A stretch of DNA of 51,151 nt, from positions 1-51,151 of the forward strand of contig JAQGDQ010000848.1 of the NCBI GenBank assembly GCA_030141605.1. Direction: 5' to 3'. A program made the position numbers and the translations under genes. The stretch comes from Tubiluchus corallicola (Eukaryota; Animalia; Priapulida). Below the pieces are notes generated by a model, which searched no databases, was not told the origin of the DNA, and saw nothing but the letters and a program-made list of their open reading frames with translations. Of this stretch, positions 1 through 11,600 are shown one piece after another (within the stretch, counting starts at the first letter, position 1; each line of letters begins with the position of its first letter).

Positions 1-1252
1 TTTTTATACAGACACCCAAATTATTTACTATACAAAAAGAATAAAAATTGCATCCAATTTGGTGCAAAACAAAACACATCCATATGATTTTTGGATTACC
101 GAATAACTCTATAAAGTGGTCCGTTTCGCAACGATGCCGGCCTTGTCATTCATTTAATGCAAAACTTTGCCATTTACTCATTGGCAAAGTACTGTATTAC
201 ATGCTTATTAAATTTTCTCAAAAATTTGGATTCTACGGCAACTGCAAATGCTATCTATAATCGGTTAGTAACGCAGTTAGCAAATTACCGCAGTTCAGGA
301 GCAGAAAGCAAAGGCTACATAGAATGTTCGCGCATTATTTATCATCAGTAAGTGGATTTAATAGCGCTTGACACAGTTTCAACTTTTAGCAAAATGTTTT
401 TGTTGTTGCTACTGTTTTGTGGCATAGTGTGAGTGTATGGTGTGGGTGGTTAGGCTGTTTTTATATTCTGACGTTACAATAGAGCAATATGGCAGAGAAA
501 TATTTGAACGACCTAAAGGAACCGACGAAAAGGCAGCGTAAACACATCATCTGAAACACAACATATTACTAAAGTTTGCACATACAATTTTTACGTGCAA
601 GTAAAGCGTGCGTGCGTGCGTGTGTACGGCAAACGAGTCTTAAAATTTCTATATTTTTGTTTTCGTCAAACAGTAACTCCACTTCTCGTTACTGTTTGTG
701 AATGAACAAAAGCGGCGTGAGAAAAATACAATCTAAATTTATGTAACGTTTTGTTGTTTCGTAATATCAACCCTTTAACCTGCGGAAATTTTTAAACGAT
801 TTTCTTAATTTATTTATGTAAGCGACAGTTAAGTTAGCTAAAATGTTGTCACTAAATTGTCATCTGATTATTGATACTTTTTTGGATGTTATTATGTTAA
901 AAATTTTTTATTGCTATTGCTGTGTATTTTGCGCTATACTTTAGCAAAATTTGTAAACTAATATTTGCGTCGCTTTTAACATTGCGCATTACTCGTATCG
1001 TTATGGTAAATGTACATGTAATTTTGTTGGTCGTAATGATAATAAAAATACTATTACTATAGCGTCGGGCGAATTATACGAAAACGCGTAGGGACGCATT
1101 GGCAATGGAGCCAAAAAAGCTGAATTGCAGAGGCAGTAAATTGATTTTTGTAACAGGATGTTGACCGAAGTACCTTGTCTAGGTGGTTTATTTCAGCCAT
1201 TATTCTTATTTAATCATACATACTTTACTACATGTAGACTTGTTTGTTGCAG

Positions 1253-1364
1253 TGTTTTGGAGAACAAAATATATTTGAACAACTTCATATTCCTAAGGCC
1301 ACTGCAGCACTTGGGCAGGATATTGAAAGGGTTGCGGCAATGGTACTTCTGAATCTAGTACAAG
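1253..1364 (+). CDS. ZIP ectodomain exon [38 protein letters not shown]
   Basis: ttgttgcag acceptor and G|gtaaaa donor. Phase 1 joins exon 7233 to give QG-NC, matching the ZIP12 'LAAMIITLSLQGVC' region. Confidence 0.8.
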
Positions 1365-4300
1365 GTAAAATGTAGTACTGAGTCACCTAAACTGTCCAGT
1401 TCTGCCTATTAGCGATCTTAATTTGCCATCTTTTATTGGAAGGGCATGATGATTGCTGTTCTATTGTTGTTATCGTGGGTGAATTTGTTAAAAAATTGCA
1501 AATACATAATACTGTTTAGGGTATAATGGGCAAAAACTAAGTTTCCGCTTTGCTAATGTCGCACACTGGTTAATGTCGCACGCTGGTTTAATGTCGTACA
1601 CTGGTTAATGTCGCACACTGGCTAATGTCACACACTGGTTAATGTCGTACACTGGTTAATGTCGCACACTGTTTAATGTCGCACACTGGTTAATGTCGCA
1701 CACTGGTTAATGTCGCACACTTGTTATTGTTGCACACTGGCTATTGTCGCACACTGGCTAATGTCGCACACTGGTTAATGTCATACACTGGCTAATGTCG
1801 CACACTGGCTAATGTTGCACACTGGTTAATGTCGTACACTGGCTAATGTCGCACACTGGCTGATGTCGCACACTGGTTAATGTCGCACACTGGTTAATGT
1901 CGCACACTGGTTATTGTCGCACACTGGCTAATGTCGCACACTGGTTAATGTTGCACACTGGTTAATGTCAAACACTGGTTATTGCTGCACACTGGTTAAT
2001 GTCGCACACTGGTTATTGCTGCACACTGGTTAATGTTGCACACTGTTATTGCCACACACTGGTTAATGTCAAACACTGGTTATTGCTGCACGCTGGTTAA
2101 TGTCGCACACTGGCTAATGTCGCACACTGGCTGATGTCGCGCACTGAGCTCCCTGGTTTGTTTTCCTTATTTCGTTTCGTTTTCCATACGCTGAAACTTC
2201 TAATTTCGTGCAAGTTTGGACATTGGCCTGTTACAGAAATTTGCGAAATCAACACTTCCCTTGTGGCATCCACTCAGCCTTGTGTTATTGCGGTTCAAAA
2301 ATCTGTCCAACGAATGAGCAACTATGGCAAAAATAATCGCTTGTGCTGCTATGCAGTTTATAATATCGCAATTGTACAGACAGCTAAAGAATTTGCACAT
2401 TCTTGCAACAAGTACAAGCCTGAAGGCGATTGGGTAATAATATAACACATAAGTTTTAGCAATTATATACAGCAATAGAACTGACAGATTATACATACTA
2501 CGAATTGAGCAATAATTTATTATTCTATCGTTTTATTGCTTCACTTTAATCTGTTTTTGATATCATGCATCGGTAGACAAACTTCAAACAGCTTACAGCC
2601 ATAATGGAAAGAAAATCGTCTGATTGATGAGATTGGTCAATTTTAAACTATTTTGGCAGGAATCTTAATAGCTCTTAAATCGTGTGCATTCCTAAATCAA
2701 AAATCGCATTGTATTTCGTGACAAATATTAAAAACAACGCCTATTAAAATAAAATTTAAAATAAAATGTAAACCAGAAAATTTTTTAAGTTAAAGCTTAA
2801 AATTTTTGTATAATAAGTATTTTGAAAGTATGCATTTGCAAAAGTATACTTATAATGCATTTGCAAAAGTATACTTAGAATGTATTTGCAAAAGTATACT
2901 TATAATGCATTTGCAAAAGTATACTTATAATGCATTTGCAAAAGTATACTTATAATGCATTTGCAAAAGTATACTTATAATGCATTTGCAAAAGTATACT
3001 TATAATGCATTTGCAAAAGTATACTTAGAATGCATTTGCAAAAGTATACTTAGAATGCATTTGCAAAAGTATACTTAGAATGTATCTGCAAAGTATACTT
3101 AGAATGCATTTGCAAAAGTATACTTAGAATGCATTTGCAAAAGTATACTTAGAATGCATTTGCAAAAGTATACTTAGAATGCATTTGCAAAAGTATACTT
3201 ATAATGCATTTGCAAAAGTATACTTATAATGAATTTTCAAAAGTATACTTATAATGCATTTGCAAAAGTATACTTATAATGCATTTGCAAAAGTATACTT
3301 ATAATGCATTTGCAAAAGTATACTTATAATGTATTTGCAAAAGTATACTTATAATGCATTTGCAAAAGTATACTTAGAATGCATTTGCAAAAGTATACTT
3401 AGAATGTATTTGCAAAAGTATACTTATAATGCATTTGCAAAAGAATACTTATAATGCATTTGCAAAAGTATACTTATAATGCATTTGCAAAAGTATACTT
3501 ATAATGCATTTGCAAAAGTATACTTATAATGCATTTGCAAAAGTATACTTATAATGCATTTGCAAAAGTATACTTAGAATGCATTTGCAAAAGTATACTT
3601 AGAATGCATTTGCAAAAGTATACTTAGAATGTATCTGCAAAAGTATACTTAGAATGCATTTGCAAAAGTATACTTAGAATGCATTTGCAAAAGTATACTT
3701 AGAATGCATTTGCAAAAGTATACTTAGAATGTATTTGCAAAAGTATACTTACAATGCATTTGCAAAAGTATACTTATAATGCATTTGCAAAAGTACACTT
3801 ATAATGCATTTGCAAAAGTATACTTACAATGCATTTGCAAACGTGGTTAACGAATGACTGACTGACTTGGTTATGCTGTACAGTGAAACATATAATTAAT
3901 TGAAACTGTGGCCATGCGGGACTGTGGTATATATTGTTAATTATAAGCACCATCATATACATAGACGGTATGTTAAGTGGTAACTGCTGACTTTAGTGAA
4001 TTTTTAAACGAAATATTTGAGACCAAATTTTAATCCTTGCAATACCTACAGAGTGTACGGAAGTAATTATTATAGCTTTATAATAAATGTCGCATTTTTT
4101 GTTTTAAGATTTTAGGAAAACTTTTAATAGACAGCGAAAAATCTGTACACCATTTATGCGGAGAACTAATATCCTCCCTTAGATACGTGTGCCCAAATAT
4201 TGTACGCATGTTCTGCAAGGGGGGGGGCGTCCTGCGCGTAGCTGACACCGTGCAGCAGCCTCCGATAGATCGAGGATGGTAGTCAAGAAACTTGATTCCG

Positions 4301-5154
4301 TTTACAGGTTACAAGACTGTGCCTCCATTATGGGCAAAAGGCAACATTCAGTGGATAAATCAACTCTCGAGTGCAATTCTCGAAAAGCAATCAACGTATG
4401 AAAGAGATTGCGTGGTTGCACGCAATAATCACACTTGCACTTATAAGTTCTTAAAGTCAAACTTTGTGGTTCAATATACTTTCGTAACCTGCCAGTGATC
4501 TGCACAAATAATTCTTTTGCATGTATATTAAAATCCATATACCTATTACCTATACCTAATACCTATACCAATTACTTATAACTTCTTTATGTACAGGGTG
4601 TCAGAAAATGATAGCCCCTGTACTTAAAAGTTACCACAAGTGGCTATAAATATATTTTTTAGCGTTTAATCATTATAATATTTCTCATTTATTCTGCTTT
4701 TATTCATATGGCCCTCAGAGCTGTCAATAACGGTATTAAGATAAGTGATTAAATGCTCTTTCTGTTGGTTTTGTCAGCTTTTATACATGTTCAATACGCG
4801 AAAGAGGCAGTTTTTAGGAATCAACACGTTTTTCTGTTCTTACAGTAGCGAAGTTGGTTTCGATTTACAACAAAACTAAGAAACTAAAAATGAGGATTCT
4901 TATTTTATTTTCTTACCTTTGTCCTAATTACCTTATTTTTGCCTATTCCTTTTTTTCGATACAGGAAGGCAATCACTTCCTGATAGTAGCCTAAATGAGT
5001 TTATTAATTTTCACTTTCCTCAATTTTCTTTTACTATTTTTGCTATAATGTGATTCCTTATTTACTTTGCCGATTTAACATTCATCATCATCATCATCAT
5101 CATCCAATGAATCATACGTCCAGTGACATGATTCTGCTCACCTCCCTATGCCAG

Positions 5155-5192
<38 letters not shown>

Positions 5193-5580
5193 ATGAATCA
5201 TACGTCCAGTGACATGATTCTGCTCACCTCCCTATGCCAGATCATCATCATCATCATCATCATCCAATGAATCATACGTCCAGTGACATGATTCTGCTCA
5301 CTTCCCTATGCCAGGACTCCCTGCTCGCCGCAATGCCCCAAGTACATTTGTTTCTAAGGATCAATGCTGAAGTGTTTAAATCTTTCTGTACAAAATCTAA
5401 ATATGTTAACATTTGTCCTCCTGCAGGTTTTTTAGCTGGTTCTATGGCTTGTTGAAGAGCTATCTTCACTGGAATATCATCAGGAATATTTTGATTTAAG
5501 ATTAAAAGAGTTTAACTAACGTGCAAGATGTACAAACTCCATTTTGTGCAAACTTGTATATTATTTATTTATTTATTCAT

Positions 5581-5647
<67 letters not shown>

Positions 5648-8600
5648 TTCGTAGTAGTCTTCATGAAGGTAGCTCCTCCTTCAGGGCTTAGCACTGTTTC
5701 CAACGAGGCACTCAATTGTTTACAAACGTACTCATATACTCTCATGCAAATGCATAGAAAGCCTTACTCTTCGCGTTGGCCGTGCGTGTGACCATGTCGG
5801 ATAATTAACTATGGCGCATGGGGATTTCATTCGTCAGTCGCTTTAATTTTCATGGCTCAACCTTGCAAGTCAAGAATTAGCGGTAATATACCCCATTGGG
5901 ATGATTGAACATTGTTTGAGCTGTAGTCATTGACCTAGATTCTTGTTGGAACAAATGTAAAGTGAGAAATTCCACTGTGGTACTGGATACTGCATTCGAC
6001 GTAGCACTTTGTGACGATACTGTAAACTTTGTACAAATTTCGATAATAACTTAATTGGCTTTGCATATATTACTTAATGGATTACCGCGAAAAATAAATA
6101 TTCACTACAAGGTTAACGAATGATGAATCAAATTATACATCTTAAAGTGGGCGCTATTTATAAGAAATCACAGAAATTTCTTATCTACTTCAATGAAATT
6201 AACTAACCTTGATTGAAAATAAATTTCATGGAATGAGTTCAAATCATTTATTTTACCCCACTGGATGAAATGTAGTCGTATTTTTTCAATTAACCCTTTC
6301 ATACCCGTTGTATCCCGTGGGATACGAGAATATTTTCTGGTTTTAAAATTAATAAAATTTTAAAACTGACATTTATTTGATCTGTTAATAGTTATTTTGA
6401 TTTAAGCCAATAACAATGGACTAAAAATGGTGATAAAATGGCAAACTAGAAAATCTACATGGCATAAAAAACTGCGCAAGGTACAGTACTTTAGGGACGA
6501 CTTTGTACAGATCAGCATAGCGTGCATACTAAATGTCTTAAATACTTTAAAAATAAAAAATTATCAACATTTTATGCTTCAATTGAATCCCAATATATCC
6601 CGTGAGATACAGGTTATATTTAGCACGCGGGCATAGGTAGAAAAAAATAATTATTATGTGTAAACAAGATGGACATACTGAACAAAAGTAGCAAGCCAAA
6701 AAATTTTTCTTATTAAAAAATAATTTGGGACTAAAAGGGTTAATGCATTTGTAGATTTGTGCTTGCTACTTAATTCATTTTGTTGTTCAGCTGAACAGAG
6801 AATCTACAATGCTTAAGCCATGTACCCAAAAACTACTTTGGAATTAGGAGCAATTCAAGTTTCAGTGACATTCTAGAGGCTCTCTTGGGAGGTTTCTGCC
6901 AATCAAGCTTCCAAAAACCTAACAGTCTCCTTCGTAGCTGACCTTCAACTTTTTCTGGAGACTTTACATTCACGCTAATCAAAATTTTAATGATATTAGA
7001 TTATAACTTCTGAGTTAGAGATGTTATGAGTACTAGGTTTTATGTTACACCTGCACTCAGAGCAGGAACAACATAAAACCTAATTTCCATAGTTACTGTA
7101 GCTTGCAAAAATACCTCAGTAATTTGTAATTATTCATTTTCTTGCATCAGTTGTGACCCCAACGTTGAACTTGATTATGATTGTATTACAAATGAAACAG
7201 AATGGAATAATTACGATAGACCATTTTTTCAGGAAATTGCATTAGTCATACAATTGACTCGTATTATTTCCTGCATTGGATATTCACCCAATATGGACAA
7301 AATGGGACAATGTCAAAACAAAGTGAGTTTTGGTAAATTATCATAACATAACAGTTTTTGTTATTGCAATTTAAATTATGCTAACTATAAGTTTTTTAAC
7401 ATCATTTTGCATTTCTGCAACATAAGCTGTACAATTCATCACCTTCTACAATATTCTTCTGTAAGAAATTACATACTTACTTAATGCCAAAGCTGAACAC
7501 TATCATAACTTCTCCAGGGTTTTCTGAATTAATGAAAGATGTACGGATGGGTGAAGTTAACAACATGGATCACCTTGAACATTTACACGATCATGATGAC
7601 CATGATGACCATGATGACCACGATGACGAACATATTGATCACCATGATGAAGATCATGAGGGTAACCATGACGATCATCATGACGATGACCATCATGACC
7701 ACAAGCGTCGGAAGCGCTCCAAAGCTGACACAGAAACTATGATTCATGGTGAAGGCGAAGAACACATAAACGATAATTTGGTATTATTCCAAGCACTACT
7801 TTCTGTGACACAGTTCATCGGGGCTAGTCCAGTTAGAATGCCCATTAACTTGTAATGCAAAGTTATATAGTTAAGCCCTTAATATCTCTGTTAATTCTAA
7901 TGCTTGGATAGTGGTAAAAGCTATATCAGCAAACTATTGTATGCATGTAACACAATAATATTTGGGTGGAATGAGTTTATGTGATTGCAATTGGTGCAAA
8001 AAGAAATAATTAGACTTGCTTATTAGTTTCTTAAAACTGTCTGATAACACAAAAATGTTATTAGATATACACTAAATGTAGAAAATAACTAGCTCAAACA
8101 AATTAAAGTGTGAAAAGGTTTTGCTGGGCTAAATGTGAACCATAGATTTTGTAGTGTGATCTGAGAGTTTTGCTAATCAGGCTCGCTCCGTTCACATTCT
8201 ATTTCTGACAACAGTGGGATGAGAAGACTGGTCCTACAAGAACTACTGAATTGGTTTTCTTAATTTTTTCAATTTAAGTAACCATTGGATCCAAGACTAA
8301 ATGATACAGTCTTCCCACCTTTTTAATTCTTTCTATCTACTCAACTACTAAACTGAATAGTGATGGTACAGATTCGTGCCATAGTTATATTATTTTCTTC
8401 AAAATATAAGCCATGTAACAGTAGAAGACTTATTAAATGTCAAAATTGAATAACTGGAAATAATAACTTGGATAAAATGAAAACCAAGGTAAAACGAAAA
8501 TTGGTTATTTTTCGTGAGTTGTTACAAATTTGCTTGATTACTTTGTATTCAAGAATGATTTTTCTTTTCTTTTCACAGTGTTTCTCCACTGATGGTTTGT

Positions 8601-11600
8601 GGAAGATTTTTGATTACTCTCATTTGTCTTCAATAACAGAATCACAGTTTGTGGAGATTTGTCCAGCAGTGATCCAGCAACTGATTGGTGGAGCTTGCAC
8701 CAATCACGATAAACACATCAGTCAAAATGATAGGGATACACCAACTACAGCTGAGGGTGAGAGAATTTCCCTATCTATCGTTCAGAAATCAGTTATCCGA
8801 AAATTAATTTTGATTATTGTTGAATGTGTATTTTAGTATCTGCAAAGTTGGCTAAAATCAACTAAATTGAAAAAATTTTGAAAACAAGCTTAACATTAAA
8901 CAGCAAAAATAGTTTTGCTTTAGTTCTGAGACTTACCTATTACACGACTATAGGTAAACCTGGTACGATTATAATATTCACCATCTTGATGATTTTCGTA
9001 TATCAAAGTGCTTGTTACTAAATATTTGCTAAACTACATGTAAAACAAAAAATTATTTTCCACAGTTTATGGGTACGGCAGTCTTGCGATATTTGTCATC
9101 AGTCTCATGGCACTAATTGGAGCGCTAACCATACCATTCATGAGTAGTGTATCGTACACATATGTTATGATGGGTTTCATTGCCTTAGCTGTGGGAACAA
9201 TGGCCGGGGATGCACTATTGCATCTAATTCCAAAGGTAAAGAATGTAAAATTCTTATTATGTTAAATTATGTTAAAAGCATTAGATTATGATAGATAATT
9301 GTGTTGATGAATGCTGGTATGAAGCCAGTTAATGAGTGGTGTCACGTGAGCACGTGATTCAGAATCGAGGTGTCAGGGCTCCGCGCACGATATATAAGCC
9401 GTGCGATGCGTCCAGCTGAGGAAGAATTAGAATTAGACTGAGTCTGGGAGCCGGAGTATAGAGCTGTTAGATCAGGGACTGGCATTGCTATCTGTTATAT
9501 CTATTGTGTTTGATGTTTAATAAACGTGTCGTTTTATAATTAGACTCTTCATAGTTTTGCCATCCCTAAAACACCAATAACCAGCTATATACAATCAATA
9601 CAACGATTTATTTTTACTAAGAATATTTTATTTCCAAACCCGTAAGCTGTTGTTGGCACTTTTCTTGCCAGTTACATATGCATGAAGATTTTCGATCCCG
9701 ATCTATGGTGAGTCGCCGCTGACAGAAACAGCCGCAATAAATTTGCTCTAATTTGAAAAACAAAAATCTCTAAAGCGTAGAAACATTACAGTGCAAATGT
9801 AGGACGGTATAGAGGATCAGGATCGACATTTTTGTGAATAACCAACTGCCAGATTAGAAGTTACCGAGGACAATTTCTAAAATAAATTTATTATGGAAGT
9901 TAAACTTAGTTGCAACGGAAAACCATTGAAGGGTAAAAGAAACCGCTGCCAAGGACAAAACGGCACATCTCTGTGTTTACGTACATTATTATCCAGTGTG
10001 CACTTTAGATATCAAAATATGCATTTGATAAACAGGTATGCATGGAGACCCCTAAACCATTTTTAAAAAGCCTTACAAAAAGAAATCAACTCTTAAATAT
10101 TTTACTAGCCTGAAGATTAAAGTTTCTATGGGGCATTTAGACAGATGGATACTCAAAGAGTTTTTTTTAATGTTAAGCCCTGAAGTCAGAACTAGTTGTC
10201 CCTTAGTTGTTCACGTAAGAGTAAAAAAAAATTCACTTACTAAATGTTTGTTAAAAGTTTTACATAGGCACTAACTGCAGATCTAATAATTATAGCATTT
10301 GCATCTTATTTTCTGACAGGCTCTTGGTCTCCATAATCATGGAGGCGAGGACTCGCACCAAGATCACGAGACGACATACAGAGGAGCTTCGGAGACGGAG
10401 GCAGTCCATGGCATTGAATTCGATCCGACGGTACTGAAAATGCTAGGAGTCATTGCAGCGATGTATGGATTTTTTGTTTTTGAAGTTCTTATGGAACTAG
10501 CAAAAGATTCATTAAGCAGAAAAACAAAGGTAAAAATTCTATGAGGAAATGAGCCCAGATTTTAGGGCTCAATCCAGATGTTTCCTGTGCCTTTTTTCAT
10601 TGCGTTTTATTTTTAAGGAAACTTGTGTCACATGGACATTGTAATGGTAAACAGATGCCAGGTACTTTCTCACACCTTATATTTTCGTTTCTTTGTTAAA
10701 AAGCCAGGCGACAACATTCATTTCGTCTAATTTGTGTTTGCCTACTTTGTCCATGAATGACAGAGATGTCTACATAGAGTTCTGTTTACATAGAGCAGTT
10801 TTGATGTTTTTGTCCTGTCATCTTGTTTTGTGACATATCCAGCATTCACCTCCCATGTTTTTGGGATCTTATTTTTTGTAAGCTACATCCGTTATAATAA
10901 GACAAATAAGGAAACGCAAAATCAGACTATCCCTCTGATGAACCATAGCCTAACTGCTAAAAGATTGGCGACATTCTCATAATTTTCTGTTTTTTTCGTG
11001 AGAATTTCACTCATGGGGGTGCAAACAGGTCATTTGACCCCCCCCATCAGACTTTCTAACCTAGAACGAGGGGTTTGGAAGTTGGAACTTTATAATTAAT
11101 TCCCCAAGGAGTGTAGGAAATTTTTATTCTCTGCACCACTCAGTAGTACGGTAAATTACCTGATATAAGCTATTGTCACTCTGGTTTTAAGAGGCCTTAC
11201 TTTTGCATCTTGCTATTTTTACATCGTAATTTTTATGATTTTTGTCCACAAGAACTTGAGGGGACTCCTATCCTCTCCAGCCTTAACCAAGAAAAACCCA
11301 TGGAGCACTCTGCTCATGAATGTTACATTTACCATTAATTATACGGTAGAGTTCTTTCCATTGAAACCCCAGAATCAGCTAGATATCGGCATGTCGCACT
11401 ATCTTTTTATGGATCATTCAATACTCCTGTGTTCAAAAGCAGTGTGTTATCTTTTATATATATATATAATAGTAGGAGTATATCCCTTTTGCCCCCTCAC
11501 CCCCCCCGAAAAACTTGCAACTGACGCCCTACATTTCATTCCCTGCAGACTATCATACCATAGCATAGTATACTGTGTTTTGATGCTTTACTAGTAACGA

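Noticed and set aside
157-351. ORF as an upstream ZIP exon
   Set aside because: A GTAAGT donor exists at 348, but there is no convincing acceptor or ZIP similarity; the 5' exons remain unresolved.
5234-5455. Poly-His metal-binding peptide [10 protein letters not shown]
   Set aside because: The His run is the antisense of a LINE (GAT)n tail.
7151-7322. Longer ZIP exon using the acceptor at 7150
   Set aside because: The open frame from this acceptor is not the ZIP frame; the 7233 acceptor gives the conserved motif and correct phases.
10618-10661. Extra ZIP mini-exon [14 protein letters not shown]
   Set aside because: AG/GT flanked and His-containing, but its phase is incompatible with the phase-0 neighbours; in their frame it contains TAA.
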